From assembly GCA_000934665.2 (NCBI GenBank), contig JYFJ02002668.1, positions 1 through 52,960 on the forward strand: a stretch of DNA of 52,960 nt. The letters run 5' to 3'. The DNA comes from Catajapyx aquilonaris (lineage: Eukaryota). Shown in pieces: positions 1 to 12,677 of the stretch. How positions within the stretch are numbered: the first letter of the stretch is position 1; each line of letters begins with the position of its first letter. The translations under genes and the position numbers were made by a program. The notes under the pieces are model-generated. The model saw nothing but the letters and a program-made list of their open reading frames with translations. It did no database searches and was not told where the DNA came from.

Positions 1-251
1 CTTAACCCATTTTCCAATATCGAATTCAAATTCGCGCGTGTTATTGCCGTGTATTGCCATGGCAGCCCAAACCATCAAAGATGGCGGACCCCGCGGACCT
101 TGACGGCCTGCCTGTACCCTATTTACACCTCGTTGGCATACCACACACGTCAAGATGGCCGCCGGCCTTGGCAACGCTCTATAAACTGAGAGACGCGAAC
201 AACAATGGCGCCGACAGAAGTTTGCGCCTCTTATGTAGTATATGCTCCCTG
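1..251. mobile_element. Right arm of a palindromic hAT-like MITE (same family as 23319-26329), cut by the window edge
   Basis: Sequence matches ~23525-23730 directly and 23319-23515 in reverse complement; ends in ...GTAGTATATGCTCCCTG. Confidence 0.7.
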
Positions 252-253
252 AC

Positions 254-430
254 GGAATCATGGTTTAGTATTTTAGTTGCTAGTGCCACACCCTTCCCCC
301 TCTAAGGTCCCGAGTTCGATCCCCAGATTGGACGGAGGATACTTCTGTGGATAGAGTTTTGATGGGTTCTCTCCGTGTTTGCTGGGGGTTTTCCCAGGGC
401 TCTCCCGTTTCCTTTCACAATCAACACCCA
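254..430 (+). mobile_element. tRNA-derived SINE fragment
   Basis: B-box-like GAGTTCGATCCCC at ~312, followed by GGGGGTTTTCCCAGGGCTCTCCCGTTTCCT, which resembles the central domain of metazoan SINEs. Confidence 0.5.
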
Positions 431-696
431 TCACAGGACAGGCAATGATTAACGATGGTTAATCAAAAGCTGATACCATAAAAGGACTGAAGAAGGCCTA
501 TCACTAGGCGATGATAACAGCCTATGTGCATCCAACAACGTCAGATCACTGACCACATTTTGTGAAAGAACTATCTGCTGACTTGATGACTGACAAAAAG
601 AATCATGCAGGGAACAAATCCTCTACATGGTGAGATTGAATAGCAGGCCATATACCGTATTTAGAGATCATGTGATATGAGATTTAGAGACATGGT

Positions 697-3154
697 CTAT
701 GGATCCCTGGTAGCCACTGGCCCCGTTGAATCCTCAGACTCTGCGGCATGTTCTCTGCTCCTTTTATGGCCTCCTACGAGTAAAAATGGAAAGTAAAAGG
801 AATAAATCAGTGCACCCTTGAAACATTATTACAACTACAGTAGATACCAACAACAACAACAAACCTTGCTTCTCAGGGTTCCTTTTTCCATTAGATGTGG
901 TTGCCACTGGCCCCGTTGAATCCTCGGACTCTGCGGCATATTCTCTGCTCCTTTTCTGGCCTCCTATGAGTAAAAATGGAAAGTAAAAGGAATAGATGAA
1001 TGCACCCGTGAAACATAACATACTACAATAGATGCCAGCAATAACAACAGCAACACAAACCTGGCTTCCTTTTTTCGTGAGTTCTGGTACGGGTTGCCAC
1101 TGGCCCCGTTGCATCGTCAGATTCCAGGTCGGACCTTCCAGTCACTGAAAGTAAGAAATTTGTGCCATGTTACAATCCAAACCTTTCCTTTTCTACAAAG
1201 TAGAATTTATCGTTTTAATGGATTAGTAAAATGTTTACTTACATGCCTCTGGTCCTTTGGTGTTAGTATCTGACATGTGACTGTTGAGGTCATCAAGGGC
1301 GTTTCCTTTCAGTGACCCCATGTCTCCAGCATCAAAGGCCAACAGGAGTTTGGTAACCCTGGCTAACTCAACTGTTGAATCGGGAAGATGATAAAAGTGT
1401 CTATGGACACGTATGTCATGGCCGAGGTGCTTCGCAAGCCAATCAATTTCTTCAGTTTCGAGATTCAATAGCTGGCAACCAGTCGCTATGAAGTTTCTGG
1501 ACTTTGTCCTTGTCAGTGCTTCAGGCCGTTCAATGTTGGGAATTTTATTAACAACTGATCTCAGGCAGTCATGTCCACATAACGGATGCAGTGACTTGCC
1601 ATGTACTTGAGCAAATATATAAATATTGCCATCAGCAATCCCTACTTCCTTGCGGTAACGATTGAGGCATTGGACCGCTTCGGAAACTTCAGGGGTAAGT
1701 AAAACTGGCACAGTCCTTCCTTGCTTCCCCTGAATTTGAATCAACTTCAAGCGATCGCACAGCTTCTTTTCCAAATCCGACAATGATGCTGTGAAACGGT
1801 CACTGGAAGAGTGCCACTGTGGATCCGCTTCAAAAGCCGTAAGTGACATTCTTGACACCTCCCCTCCCCTCCCCTTATTAAAGGTCATGATTCGAGCAAG
1901 TGTCATTTCGGCAAGTTCCTGCCAGGCTTTTGCACAATTATTATTTTCCAGTTCGGCTATGTTCTTTGGGATTGCTGTCGACAGGAACTTGGTAACCTTT
2001 TGTATGTCTTCTGTCAGAGGCAGCATCTTCGGCTTGTTTTGTTTCCTTCTGTGTACTTCTGATAAAGGCTGAGTGGACACATGTGTGGCCCACTCCAGGT
2101 CCATCAAATGTAAAAAATCATCAGCCTCCTGTTTGGCTTTTGGATCTCTTGTCCGGAGGGCTTCACCACTCAACAAATTGACACATTTCCTTATGCTGTG
2201 ACCGAGCTTATGTGCTACACCACTTTTGCTACTTGCACTGACATTCTTCAAGCTGTTAATGACCATGTCAAAATTCTGTGGTGTCAAGAAATAGGCAAGA
2301 TCAACTTTACTGCCGACCTCACAATTTGTTTTGAGGTCCATTACGAAGCGGGCCAGTTGTCTCATAGTTTGAGAAATCCGCTGCTCTCGTGTTACACCAT
2401 ATTTTTGATACAAAAACATGCCGAATGTGATGATCGTGGCATCGTTTCTGGCAGTGTCTGACACAACGTCATCTCTCATGTAGGATAAAATCTTTTCATC
2501 AAAATCTTTGCGGAGTATGCCGGTTGTAAATGGAAACATGAGCAGATAGCTCTGGGTCAGCAGGTTCTGGGTGCCACGTTTCTCATTTTTCTCATCAACA
2601 TCTGTTTGAAAGGGGCACCTTTTGCTGTGCCTCCACAAGTCGGATTTCAAGACGAAACCAAAACAAAATGGACATGGCCCATACTTTTTTGCGTCCCGTA
2701 GATTTTTTTCCTTCTCGTTCGGCCTCCTGAGCAGAATAAGTTTCCCAGAGCTCCCTGCGATAACAGACTGATTATAGTAAAAATCACCTAATCGGGTGAT
2801 TTTGTCGAAAGCCTGTTTGCGTTCTTTGCTTCCTTTTTTTTTAGCAAGCGCTGCAGCTACATCCATTTCATTGTCATGCATTGATGTTAAGTGGCGGGAT
2901 ATTTTCGTTAACCTCTTTTCACAGAATAGACATACGTGTGAATTGTCCCATACTCTTCCCCCTGACTCCTTATTTTTACACACTGATAGTCCTACGGATA
3001 ACCCAGTTTCATTTTCCTCGCCATCGTCACATTCAACATCGCTCAACTCGAACGAGTCGCTGCTGTAACTGGGTACGTAGTCACTTTCACAATCGCTTAA
3101 ATTGCTCTCGGTTTCTAAATTTTTGTTTGATTCCAATACTATTTCTCCATCATC
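697..3154 (-). CDS. Crypton (CryptonV-like) tyrosine recombinase, spliced: exons 3154-1243, 1144-1061, 963-865, 773-697; no initiator exon of its own identified
   Basis: 633-aa ORF with N-terminal Zn motifs (CLFC..RHLTSMH, PCPFC..RHSKRC) and tyrosine-recombinase motifs FNKGRGGEV (R), GKQGRTVPVLL (K), TKSRNFIAT (R), LGHDIRVHRHFY (H, Y). The listed start at 3136 is TTG; an in-frame ttttttgtag acceptor precedes 3154. A GTAAGT donor at 1242 and three downstream AG/GT exons keep the frame to TAG at 697. Confidence 0.8.
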
Positions 3155-4569
3155 CTACAAAAAAGACAGAAGATTCAGCATATGAACAAGGAAGCAGTAT
3201 CGTTGCAATAAAGAATAAATTACACAATTATTTACGAGAGGCCACAAAAATCTATGCCAGGCGGAATCCAACTTAATAAATAATGGGGTCCTAGCATTGG
3301 TCTTGAATTTGGAAAATTCGGAAACGAATAGTTCGGCAATACCATTAAACATGCATTCCACCACTTTCCAGCACCAAAATGTCAGTCCTCGATAAATGAT
3401 TCCGGATTTAAAAGTCACTCAAAATAGCGCCCACTCTCCCCCGAGCAAATCAGAATGAGTGCCAATTTAGTGTTGGCCCCGGCTGGCCAGATGGCAGAAA
3501 AAAGTAATAATTCGAATTTACTATTTATTTTTAAAAATTGTCATAATCACTTTGATTGCTGATTGGCTCTTCAAAGTCTCTAGCAAGTGGGACGAAAATT
3601 CCACCGTAACATTTTAAACCATCGATGGTTCCAACATTTTCATGTCGATCTCTGGCTTAATCGCGTTAGTTATAATCATTTAATTGTAATTTAGACAAGA
3701 AAAAACACCAACTTTGGCTGTGGGCTCTGCGACCAGTAAGCGCTGGTGCTGTTTTTGGAAAGATGTAACTGGTTAATTTTTTAAAATATTGCCTTTTAAA
3801 CTCCCCATGATGCCAACATTTTTGTGTCGGCTATGGATTTATAATTATTGAATTACACTGTACTCCGGATTATCCGGGTGCGATTATTCGTGAACAGCCA
3901 AAATATAAAATTTTTAATCAAAGTCCAAAAAAATTGGTCAAAATGTTGTCCCACTGCTAGATACTGCTAACTTAGCAGTACCAGTGCAAATTAAGTTATC
4001 AGTAATTAGCAGTGGGAGGAAAATTTGACAGGCCTACACTCAATACACGCCAACGAAGAAATGCACACTTTTTTTGAGAAGGCAAAGTAAAAATCTATGG
4101 TAAAGTTTTATTATTTTAATTAAACCAAGTATGTACACAAGTACAAGGTACATTAAAAACCTGTGAATAGCTCACTTTTACGTGTTTTGAGGACCATTTT
4201 CTGATTATCCATGTTTCAGTGGTTATAAAGACAGATAAGTGAGCGGGCGCCGAGGGAGAAAGTGAGATTAAGGACGGAGGTAAAAAAACTCAGCAGACAA
4301 CCACAGACACACCTCCTCACCTTGGGGTATGCGCGAAGGGTTGCTTCAAGACCAGGATGAACCAAATAGTCAGGACGAAGTGGCAGAAAGTTTTTGCAAC
4401 CGATAGTATACCCTTACAAACCCTTATCTCGGTACACCAGCAGGCAAGATTCAATTGCCCCTAACAAATCAACATGTGCAGAAACAATGGGGTACAATAT
4501 GTCATCTTCATGTAGTTAGGAGTGGGTTGTGGTAATTATGCTTGGATGCTTGACTCAATAACATTTTAA

Positions 4570-6275
4570 AAATATGAAACATAGCAACAGTGTTCATTTC
4601 CCCCCTCCCAAAATAAATAAGCCAGTTACACAAAATTTTTGCTGCCATTATGAAACTTTCGGCAACATGACTGTGCCATGGTCCTAACACTCGTCACAGC
4701 CCGCTAATCCCCTCCTGTCCACATTATTTCTCTTCCAAGCAGCATCCCCGTAACCATGCATAACGTAGTTGTCCCGAAGCAATTCACTCACATTCTCATG
4801 TCCAGATGCGTGCAATTCCACTTGCCCACTGAAGGAATCAATTACTTCATTACTCTGGTGTAGGGATGCGTTTTCAGTGGCGCAGACAGCAAACACATCA
4901 CCTCTTCCTTCATTTCCTTGTGTCAGTAATTCAGGCATCTCCTGCCTCCAGTTTCCCTGCAAGTAACTCGCTTTTAGTTTTAATGTAAAGCAGCATTTTT
5001 GTGAGTTGACCCATTATTGCATCACACTGTCCAATTATCCCTCCGCTTTCGATCACTTCTGTGTACGTTGACTGACACCAAGTTCAACATATGTACCAGA
5101 CACTATACACATGGGTTTCCTGCTATAAATTAATTAATTAATAACATGTTATGTAGGGCAAAGTTTCTTTTTTTTGTTTGCCCATGGCAACAGCATTTTG
5201 TTGGTGATTATCATGGAAACAGGCTGTGCGAAGAAAGGGCTCCTCTGCAGCTAGTCTTTATATATGCTCATCTCAACCATACAGCCATCAATCTATCAAC
5301 AATCACCAGCTTCTCAACAAATCTATTAACTTTTCTACAAACAAGCTCATGAATCAATGGATGAAACACTGGGAATAAATGTTCTTACAGAATTTCAACC
5401 AAACAATTAACAACAAATTAATGAAAATTTCAACAATCGCATGCTTCTGTCTTCGTGCCAGCAGACAGTTCAAATTGAGGCAGAGGACAAGTTGACCGGC
5501 AACCTGGCAGACAGACAGAGGGGTACTGTAGCAAGCACCTGAACAGACTGCGAGAGGATATCTCGCATACAGCTGGCCTCGAGACAATTTTGACACTATG
5601 TGTTGGATGCAGTGTCATGCTGCGTCGAAACATACACGAGGGTTCGGTGAACGACTCCATGGGCACTAATGCCTTGCGCAAAATCAACCATGTATTTAAT
5701 TTCGTAAAATGCGTAAGTAAGACATCTGGGTTACATTAACCCTTATGGTGTAGCTCTTACGTGGCCCCGTCTTGTTTAAGTAAATTCTGTCCTTCACCTA
5801 GCTCTTACTTTCTTTTTTTTTTTAATTCCGTAGGAAGTGTTTTAGGGATAAAAATATGAAACATAACAACTGTGTTCATTTCCCCCTTCCCAGAATAAAT
5901 AAGCCTGTTACACAAAATTTTTGCTGCCATTATGAAACTTTCGGCAACATGACTGTGCCATGGTCCTAACACTCGTCACAGCTTGCTAATCCCATCCTGT
6001 CCACATTATTTCTCTTCCAAGCAGCATCCCCGTAACCATGCATAACGTAGTTGTCCTGAGGCAACTCACTCACATTCTCATGTCCAGATGCGTGCAATTC
6101 CACTTGCCCACTGAAGGAATCAATTACTTCATTACTCTGGTGTAGGGATGGGTTTTCAGTGGCGCAGACAGCAAACACATCACCTCTTCCTTCATTTCCT
6201 TGTGTCAGTAGTTCAGGCATCTCCTGCTTCCAGTTTCCCTGCAAGTAACTCGCTTTTAGTTTTAATGTAAAGCAG
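4570..6275. repeat. ~425-bp direct duplication (about 4570-4995 and 5850-6275) containing exon 3 of G1
   Basis: Near-identical sequence; both copies keep the AG acceptor, a 165-nt open exon (4956-4792; 6238-6074) and the GTGAGT donor. Confidence 0.9.
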
Positions 6276-7784
6276 CAAGATGCCTTTGCATTGTAATATG
6301 CACATACGAATTTGATAAATGTTCGATTAATAGTGAGCCTACCTATGAAGGAGTTGTCCCAGGTGAATGGCACTTTAGTACGTAGTCCTCCTGGAGTGTG
6401 ACAGTACTTCTCCCAGCAGTGGTCCAGCTTTTTGTCCCTCCGCGAAAAAATTATTTGTCTTGGTCATCACACCATTTATGAACATGTTGTCGTCACTGTT
6501 GAAACGCTGTTCTTCCAGGTGTCCTTTGAGTGTTGGGAACAGGTGATAGTCAGATGGTGTCACACAACAATTTGGCACAATCAGACTATCACCTGTTCCC
6601 AACACTACTGAAAGAACAGGGTTTCAACAGTGACACTGCCGTCATGAATGCTCTCGGGAAATGGTGTGGTGGCCAAGACAAATCATTTTTTCGCAAAGGA
6701 ACTTTTGCGCAGGGGACGCACTGGGCCACTGCTGGGAGAAGTGCAATCACACTCCAGGAGGACTACGAAGAGAAGTGCTAACGTGCCATTCGCCTGGTAC
6801 AACTCCTTCACAGGTAGGGGCACACTACTTATCAAACGCCCCACGTATACTGCAACAGGAACAGCCAACAATATTCTGTGTACCATTTGTACCTTTTGTA
6901 CAATCAAATGTCAGCAGTAAGGCTCATTCACAAAACCACTTTTTTTTTTAAAACTTAACTTTACCCATAAAAATAAAATTCTTAGTTCTATGACCGAAGC
7001 CTCCGATTGACCCAGGCCATATATTGTTACCGTGACGCTTCTGATTGGCACAATTCCGCACCAGCGCAATCGGGGTCGTTAGCTGGAGGGCAGATAGTCA
7101 CCATCGTCACTCCCGTAACCCATAAAACTACGGCGTACACCGCAGGCCCAGAAAAATGTAAGCAAACCGATGGTTTTTCTAGTAATTTTTTTTTAAAGAT
7201 TTCGCATGGCTGTGTGAATGTACCTTGACCCAGTCATACCTCAACATCCCAAAGGCCTAACCCATGGCCTGAAATGCATCAGCATGAGATCGTCCTGACA
7301 CTCGCCAGTGCAGAATGACAAGACGAAGCTTTACCTCTATCTCTAAAGTGCTGTTTACTGCTTCAGGCTGACCAAAGTTCTCTCCATCCATATCAAAACT
7401 TGCACAAGCCTCTCGATGAAAAAGCGGGTCTGGCTTATACTCTTCAATAGTAATCTCAGAGATTAGCTCATGATGCACTTCTGTAGGGAGTAGAGAGTAA
7501 CTTTACCACAAACGCAACGGACAACAAAAGAGAGTGAATTCCCAACTCCGGAATTCCACCCAACCTTCTTCATCATCATCATCAGTCCTCTTCCCTTCCT
7601 CTTCCCTCAGGATGAACCCTTCTATGCTAGCCATCCTCTGGTCCATCTCAGTCATCTTCTTGTCCATTTCTGCTGTCCTCCTGTCCATCTCTGCCATGGT
7701 CCTCTCAATCCTGTCGGTCTGAGCCAGGCTTCGTTCCAAGAGGGACACAATGTGGGACAACATGGTTGGTGGTTGGGTGGCCAT
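4792..7784 (-). CDS. G1: array paralog with exon 1 (7784-7565), exon 2 (7480-7335) and exon 3 in two copies; zinc-finger exon absent from the window
   Basis: MATQPPTMLSHIVSLLERSLAQTDRIERT...; splice sites and phases (1,0,0) match the other paralogs; no SQLP/C2H2 exon downstream. Confidence 0.75.
5460..5670 (+). mobile_element. Degenerate Pif1-like (Helitron RepHel) helicase fragment
   Basis: Translation from 5548 gives LREDISHTAGLETILTLCVGCSVMLRRNIHEGSVNDSMGT, resembling the Pif1 motif AGL..L.LKVGA.VML.RN....GLVNG.MG; frameshifted upstream. Confidence 0.65.
6307..6845. mobile_element. Foldback MITE made of two inverted mariner 3' ends
   Basis: Both arms encode SDYHLFPTL...FNSD (mariner YSPDLAPSDYHLF region) and one carries HCWEKC; TA dinucleotides at 6305-6 and 6846-7; axis near 6565. 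Confidence 0.8.
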
Positions 7785-7917
7785 GTCCTCCTCAGCAGTT
7801 CCACCAACAAGCAGGGCAGTCTTGAAGAAGGGAGAAGGATGATCCAGTGTCCAGAGGAATGAAGGAAAACGAAGCGATGGGAGCAGAAGAAAGAAAGGAA
7901 AATGAGATGAAACTAGA

Positions 7918-7978
7918 CAGCAGCCATCTTGGGCGCATTCGGATCGACGCCACGTTGCATCCATGGAACTGTTCAGAA
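7918..7978 (-). promoter_or_regulatory. Conserved upstream motif of the array genes (also ~10568, 13986, 17591, 27012, 29768, 33581, 36638, 39580, 42079, 44497; degenerate at ~51365-51428; absent in G12)
   Basis: Minus-strand consensus GAACAGTTCCTAGGAGG-CAACGTGGCGTC-GATCCGAATGCGCC-CAACATGGCGTC, about 120-170 bp upstream of each ATG; flanks diverge. Confidence 0.7.
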
Positions 7979-8452
7979 TGTGACAAAAATTAATTAATTA
8001 ATTAATTAGTAATAAATGGAAACTCACTGTAAGTCACACTTAATTGACTGTGATTTTTTAAAAACCCTTCAATGTGGGCTGGGAAAATCAATGTAGAGCA
8101 ATATTCCATAATTATACAAATCAATAAAAATTGCTCGATGAAAATTTCAGTGCTTGAAACTTATCAGAAACATTTATACAGAACAAAAGAACGGATTTCT
8201 AGGATTTTTTTTTACCTTCTTTTTATTATGTATGCAGAACACTGGAACCAAAGGCCAGCTTGCCCTGGTCTTGCATTTCACTAGCAATATCATGCGCATA
8301 TATAGAAAGGCAAATCTTAGATTTTGCCACAGATAAAACTGAACACAATGTCAAATATTTTTCCATGCAATTGATGTAGCAAAACAATAACTTGAGCTGC
8401 TTCTTCTGAGCAGTAGCGGCAGTGAACTGGCAGAGAAAAGTTTTTCTGTCTC

Positions 8453-10452
8453 TCAAAGTTTTTGTTTCTGAGAAAGTTCCCTGGCGCCTCTAGGTGGAGT
8501 GCGACTTGGAGTTGCTCCATGACAATGTCGCACATGTTTATTCAGGCTAGTCCTCATGGTGAAGCTACGATCGCAGAATTGGCAAGAATATGGCCTTTCT
8601 CCTGTATGTGTGCGCAAATGCGCAATCAATTGATCTTTTTCGCGAAAACTATAGAGGCACAGATGACACCTGAATGGTTTCTCACCCGTGTGGACCATTC
8701 TGTGGCGCTTCAGATGATGAAATAAGCTAAAAGTCATGCCACATACTTCACACTCGTAAGGTCTTAAACCAAGATGAATAGTTTTCATATGACGAGATTG
8801 ATGACATTTGCTGGTGAAGCCAGCACCACACAATTTACAGTAAAATTTTGATTTACTCCCTCCTGGGTTAACCTTACCATGTACTGAATGGGTCAGCTGA
8901 TGATTAGCAAATTCTACCTTTCCATTGGTAGTATATGAACACATTTTGCAGCATAAAAAAGCAAGTGTCGTAGTCCTTCCTTTTCCTTTCCCTTCGCGTC
9001 TTAAAACAGTCCCCTGAGTCTTATTTGCTTGCAGACGCTTTGCAGATGCACTTCCTCCAGATGATTCTCCCTGTTCCACAAAGCTGTTTTGTTGTCCCGA
9101 CTGAGATCCCTGCACAACCACCTCTTCCTGTTTAACTCGAACTTCATGGGACTTGACACATTCTTCCAGAGCAGATGGAATGCTGAAAGTCTTGTTGCAG
9201 ATGCCACATTGAAAAGGGTCCTTGGAGGGCAACTGTCTCTTTGGATATAAACATATTTCAATTAGTGTCAACTAGTCATGGAAATCACTTAGAATTTTTT
9301 TTACAAATCCCCCCTCCAATCCTCCAATTAAGATAAGATGGATTGGCAGCAACCCTAGAATCATGCAAATGTCATTATCCCAAAGGAATACACTCACATT
9401 CTCATGTATAGATGCATGCAATTCCACTTGTCCATTGAAGGAATCTCCCACTTGATTACTCTGGTACAGGGATGGGTTTTCAGTTACGCAGTCAGTCACA
9501 GCAGCATCTCTTTCTTCATTTTGTTCCGTCAATAATTCAGTAGTCTCCTGCTTCCAGTTTTCCTGATGGAAAATAACTTCATCAGTTTCAGTGTGAAGCA
9601 GCAAAATTCCTTTGCATTGCACATGAATAAATTCAATTGGGAAACCAAACAATTTTGTGTGACTAGGCAATACTTCAGTAGAATCAAACATCAGCCTAAT
9701 AAGTTGCATTGAAGTTGGAATGCTTTAAAAAAAATAAACAATCTTGGGAATGTCTGTATCTCTAACAGCGCATTCGTCGAACAAAGACAAGTCAGCGCAC
9801 CCGATTTTGTCTCGCTGCTGCCCAGAAAGTGGTGGGAAACATAATGACCCGGCCCTCTTAAAAATAAATATCTCGCAGGCTGTGTCAATGAACCTTTAGC
9901 CAGTTACATCTTAACACCCCCCCTAAGCCGTAAATGCAGCATTACAAGATCCTGACACTCGACATCCCAGGAAGAATGACAAGAAAAGCTTACCTCTACT
10001 TCTACAGTGCTGTTTGCTACTTCAGTCTGTCCAACGTTTCCTCCATGAAGATCATAACTTGCAGACGTTCCTTGATGTAGAAGCTGCTCTAATTTATAAT
10101 CTTCAATGGTAACATCATGACTTCTTTCATGATGCAATTCTGTCGAGATAAAATGAATAATGGTATTGCAATGTGCAGAGAGAGAGCCTTGATTGAAGTA
10201 CGCTCCTCTCGCAACAACACCTCGTTTCATGTACACACAAGTTTTATCCCCAATCCCGAATCCCACCCAACCTGCATCAGTCTTCCTCCTTTCCTCTTCC
10301 TCCCTCAGGATGAACCCTTCTATCCTGGCCATCCTCCTGTCCATCTCTGCCATGGTCCTCTCAATCCTGTCAGACTGGGACAGGCTGCGCTCCAGGAGAG
10401 ACACGACGTAGGCCAATCTTGGACTGAGGACTGACTGTAAGGTGGTGGCCAT
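8453..10452 (-). CDS. G2: four-exon C2H2 zinc-finger protein (ZF exon 9238-8453)
   Basis: Exon 1 MATTLQSVLSPRLAYVVSLLERSLSQSDRIERT; exon 4 has six fingers with HTGEKP/HTGERP linkers; canonical splice sites. Confidence 0.88.
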
Positions 10453-12523
10453 CTCTTCACCAATTCTGGAGCTAGGAATTGAGGCGAAAAGAGAGGACAA
10501 CGAAGCGATGGGAACAGAAGAGAGAAGAAAGAAAAGGAAAAGGAGAGAAAAAGCAGAGATCTAAACAGACGCCATGTTGGGCGCATTCGAATCGACGCCA
10601 CGTTGCCTCCTAGGAACTGTTCAGAATATATCAAACATATTTCACATTCATTAATTTTACCTTCCTGTCTAAATAATGTTTTCAAATTGCATCAAATGGT
10701 GTATTCACATTCAACAAGTGATGGAACCTGTGATCTGAAAACAAAAAGTTCTCGCAGTGCATGTGTAGTACTTTACCGAAAGAAATTGTACTACTAAATA
10801 AATTGGGTTACATCTCTTAAAATGTGGGCTGGGAAAATCCACGTCAGGTGTATAAGTATTATTTCAATAATTATAAATTTCACAGACAAATAATTAGGAA
10901 ATAGCTGCTAAAATAATTTCATGTGCTCATATGCAAACTTATTATCCATTTACATTAATCCTGAACAGGTCCTTGTGTTATGAAATGGACACACAATTTA
11001 GTTCCGGTGTTCTGCCTATGGAATAAACAGTTGGTAAAAACCTATAAATCCGTTCTCTACACATTACACTAAAGGGAGATGACTATTTTCCTCTCTTTCC
11101 TTTGGTACATCTCGACGAGGGCATTATTTGTCGGGCATGGAATGTGTCCGGGGGTAAATTTCCTACAGCCAAAGCAAGCTTGTCCTGGTCTCGCACTTCA
11201 CCAGCATTTTACTGCACGTCTGAGGCAATGTACCTAGATTTCAACATAGGTCAAACTGAACTGAAGTGAATAAATGTAAAAAAATTTGCATCCAATAGTC
11301 GGAGCATGCAGTAGCATACAAAAGTAGTAGTGAAATGTGCTTGCCAGTACAATGAAAAGTTATTCTGTCTCTCAAGTCATTCTTGCTGGAAAAGCTACCT
11401 AACACCTCTAGATGGCTTGCAGTGGTTTCATGAAGACGTCGCACATGCACCTTCATGTTATGCTTCTAGGTGAACTTACGACTTCAAAATTGGAAAGAAA
11501 ATAGCTTTTCTCCAGTGTGTTTGAGATTAATCCAATCAGGTTGTGAACACAAAACGGAATGATTTCTCACCTGCGTGGATCTTTCTGTGACGCTTCAGAT
11601 TATAAGATTTGCTGAAAGCTAGATCACATACCTCACACTGGTAAGGTTTTAATGCAAGGTGAACAGCTCTCATATGATCAGATTGATTACTTTTAGTGGT
11701 GAACCTGGTACCACACAATTTGCAGTAAAATCTGGATTCACTCCTCCTTGGATGGGCCATACCACGCGCTGAATGAGTAAACTGATGGGATACAAACTCT
11801 GCCTTGTCTTTGGTAGCATATGAGCACATTTTGCAAAAGAATGCCCTAGGTTTTGTAGCCACTTTCCCTACTATTCCTTTCCTTTTGCAACTTATGAGAG
11901 TCCTCTCAGTCTCATTTGCCTGGAAACGCTTTGGAGATGCACTTCCTCCAGAGGATTCTCCCTGTGCCACAAAGATGTTTTGTTGTCCTAACTCAGAAAC
12001 CTCCATAACCTCCTCTTCTTGTTTAACCATCACTTCATGGGACTTAATGCATTCTTCCAGAGCGGATGGACTGTTGAAAGTCGCGTTGCAGATTCCACAT
12101 TGAAAAGGATCCCTGGAGGGCAGCTGGCTCTTTGGATATAGACAAAAATTAGTGTCAACAAGTTATGAAAATCCTTCTCCTGCTCCTGTAAATGACATGC
12201 TTTCCCGTCCCCCCCAATTGTGCAAGGTCTAAGCAATCAACATGAGCATTATGTTTGGAATGCAGTTTTCACCCCCTCTGATCTCTTTCCGGAATGTACA
12301 GTTGTACATCCTTACAAACTTGTGTTTATCTCCCTAAACCAGCAGGCAAGATTCCAGTTTTCTGGGTTCACTCCATCAGCTAAAATCAAATCTACAGACA
12401 GGTTGCCATATAAATTTGGTTACTTGGCATCAGGAAATGAGACTGACAATCAATGTCATTGTTGTTCAATTAGAATAGCATCCTGTCATTTCGGGTTTGT
12501 TAGCCTCATTTTCGACTGCCTAA

Positions 12524-12674
12524 AGGCCATTTCACAAAAAAATGTCGCGCGGCAAACGGCGCGCATTGCGCCAAATTTATTATTTATATTTATTATTGCC
12601 AACAATTAATATAAATAAAAAATTTGCCGCAACGCGCACTGTTTGCCGCGCGACATTTTTTTGTGAAATGGCCT
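12524..12674. mobile_element. PIF/Harbinger (Tourist-like) palindromic MITE
   Basis: TIR AGGCCATTTCACAAAAAAATGTCGCGCGGCAAAC; TAA on both sides; second copy at 36085-36234. Confidence 0.85.
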
Positions 12675-12677
12675 TAA

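Noticed and set aside
1235..3136. Phage or bacterial integrase, or contamination
   Set aside because: Spliceosomal introns, N-terminal Zn motifs and the LGHDIRVHR motif match animal Crypton-type recombinases embedded in eukaryotic repeats.
3575..4030. Short inverted and direct repeats (CTAGCAAGTGGGAC / GTCCCACTGCTAG / AGCAGTGGGAG) as possible Crypton termini
   Set aside because: Too short and degenerate, with no matching end found on the other side of the recombinase.
7785..7964. Longer N-terminal extensions of exon 1 (also ORFs to 33613 and 36673)
   Set aside because: The frame relative to MATQ differs between copies and runs through an indel-rich pyrimidine tract, so it is probably 5' UTR or promoter.
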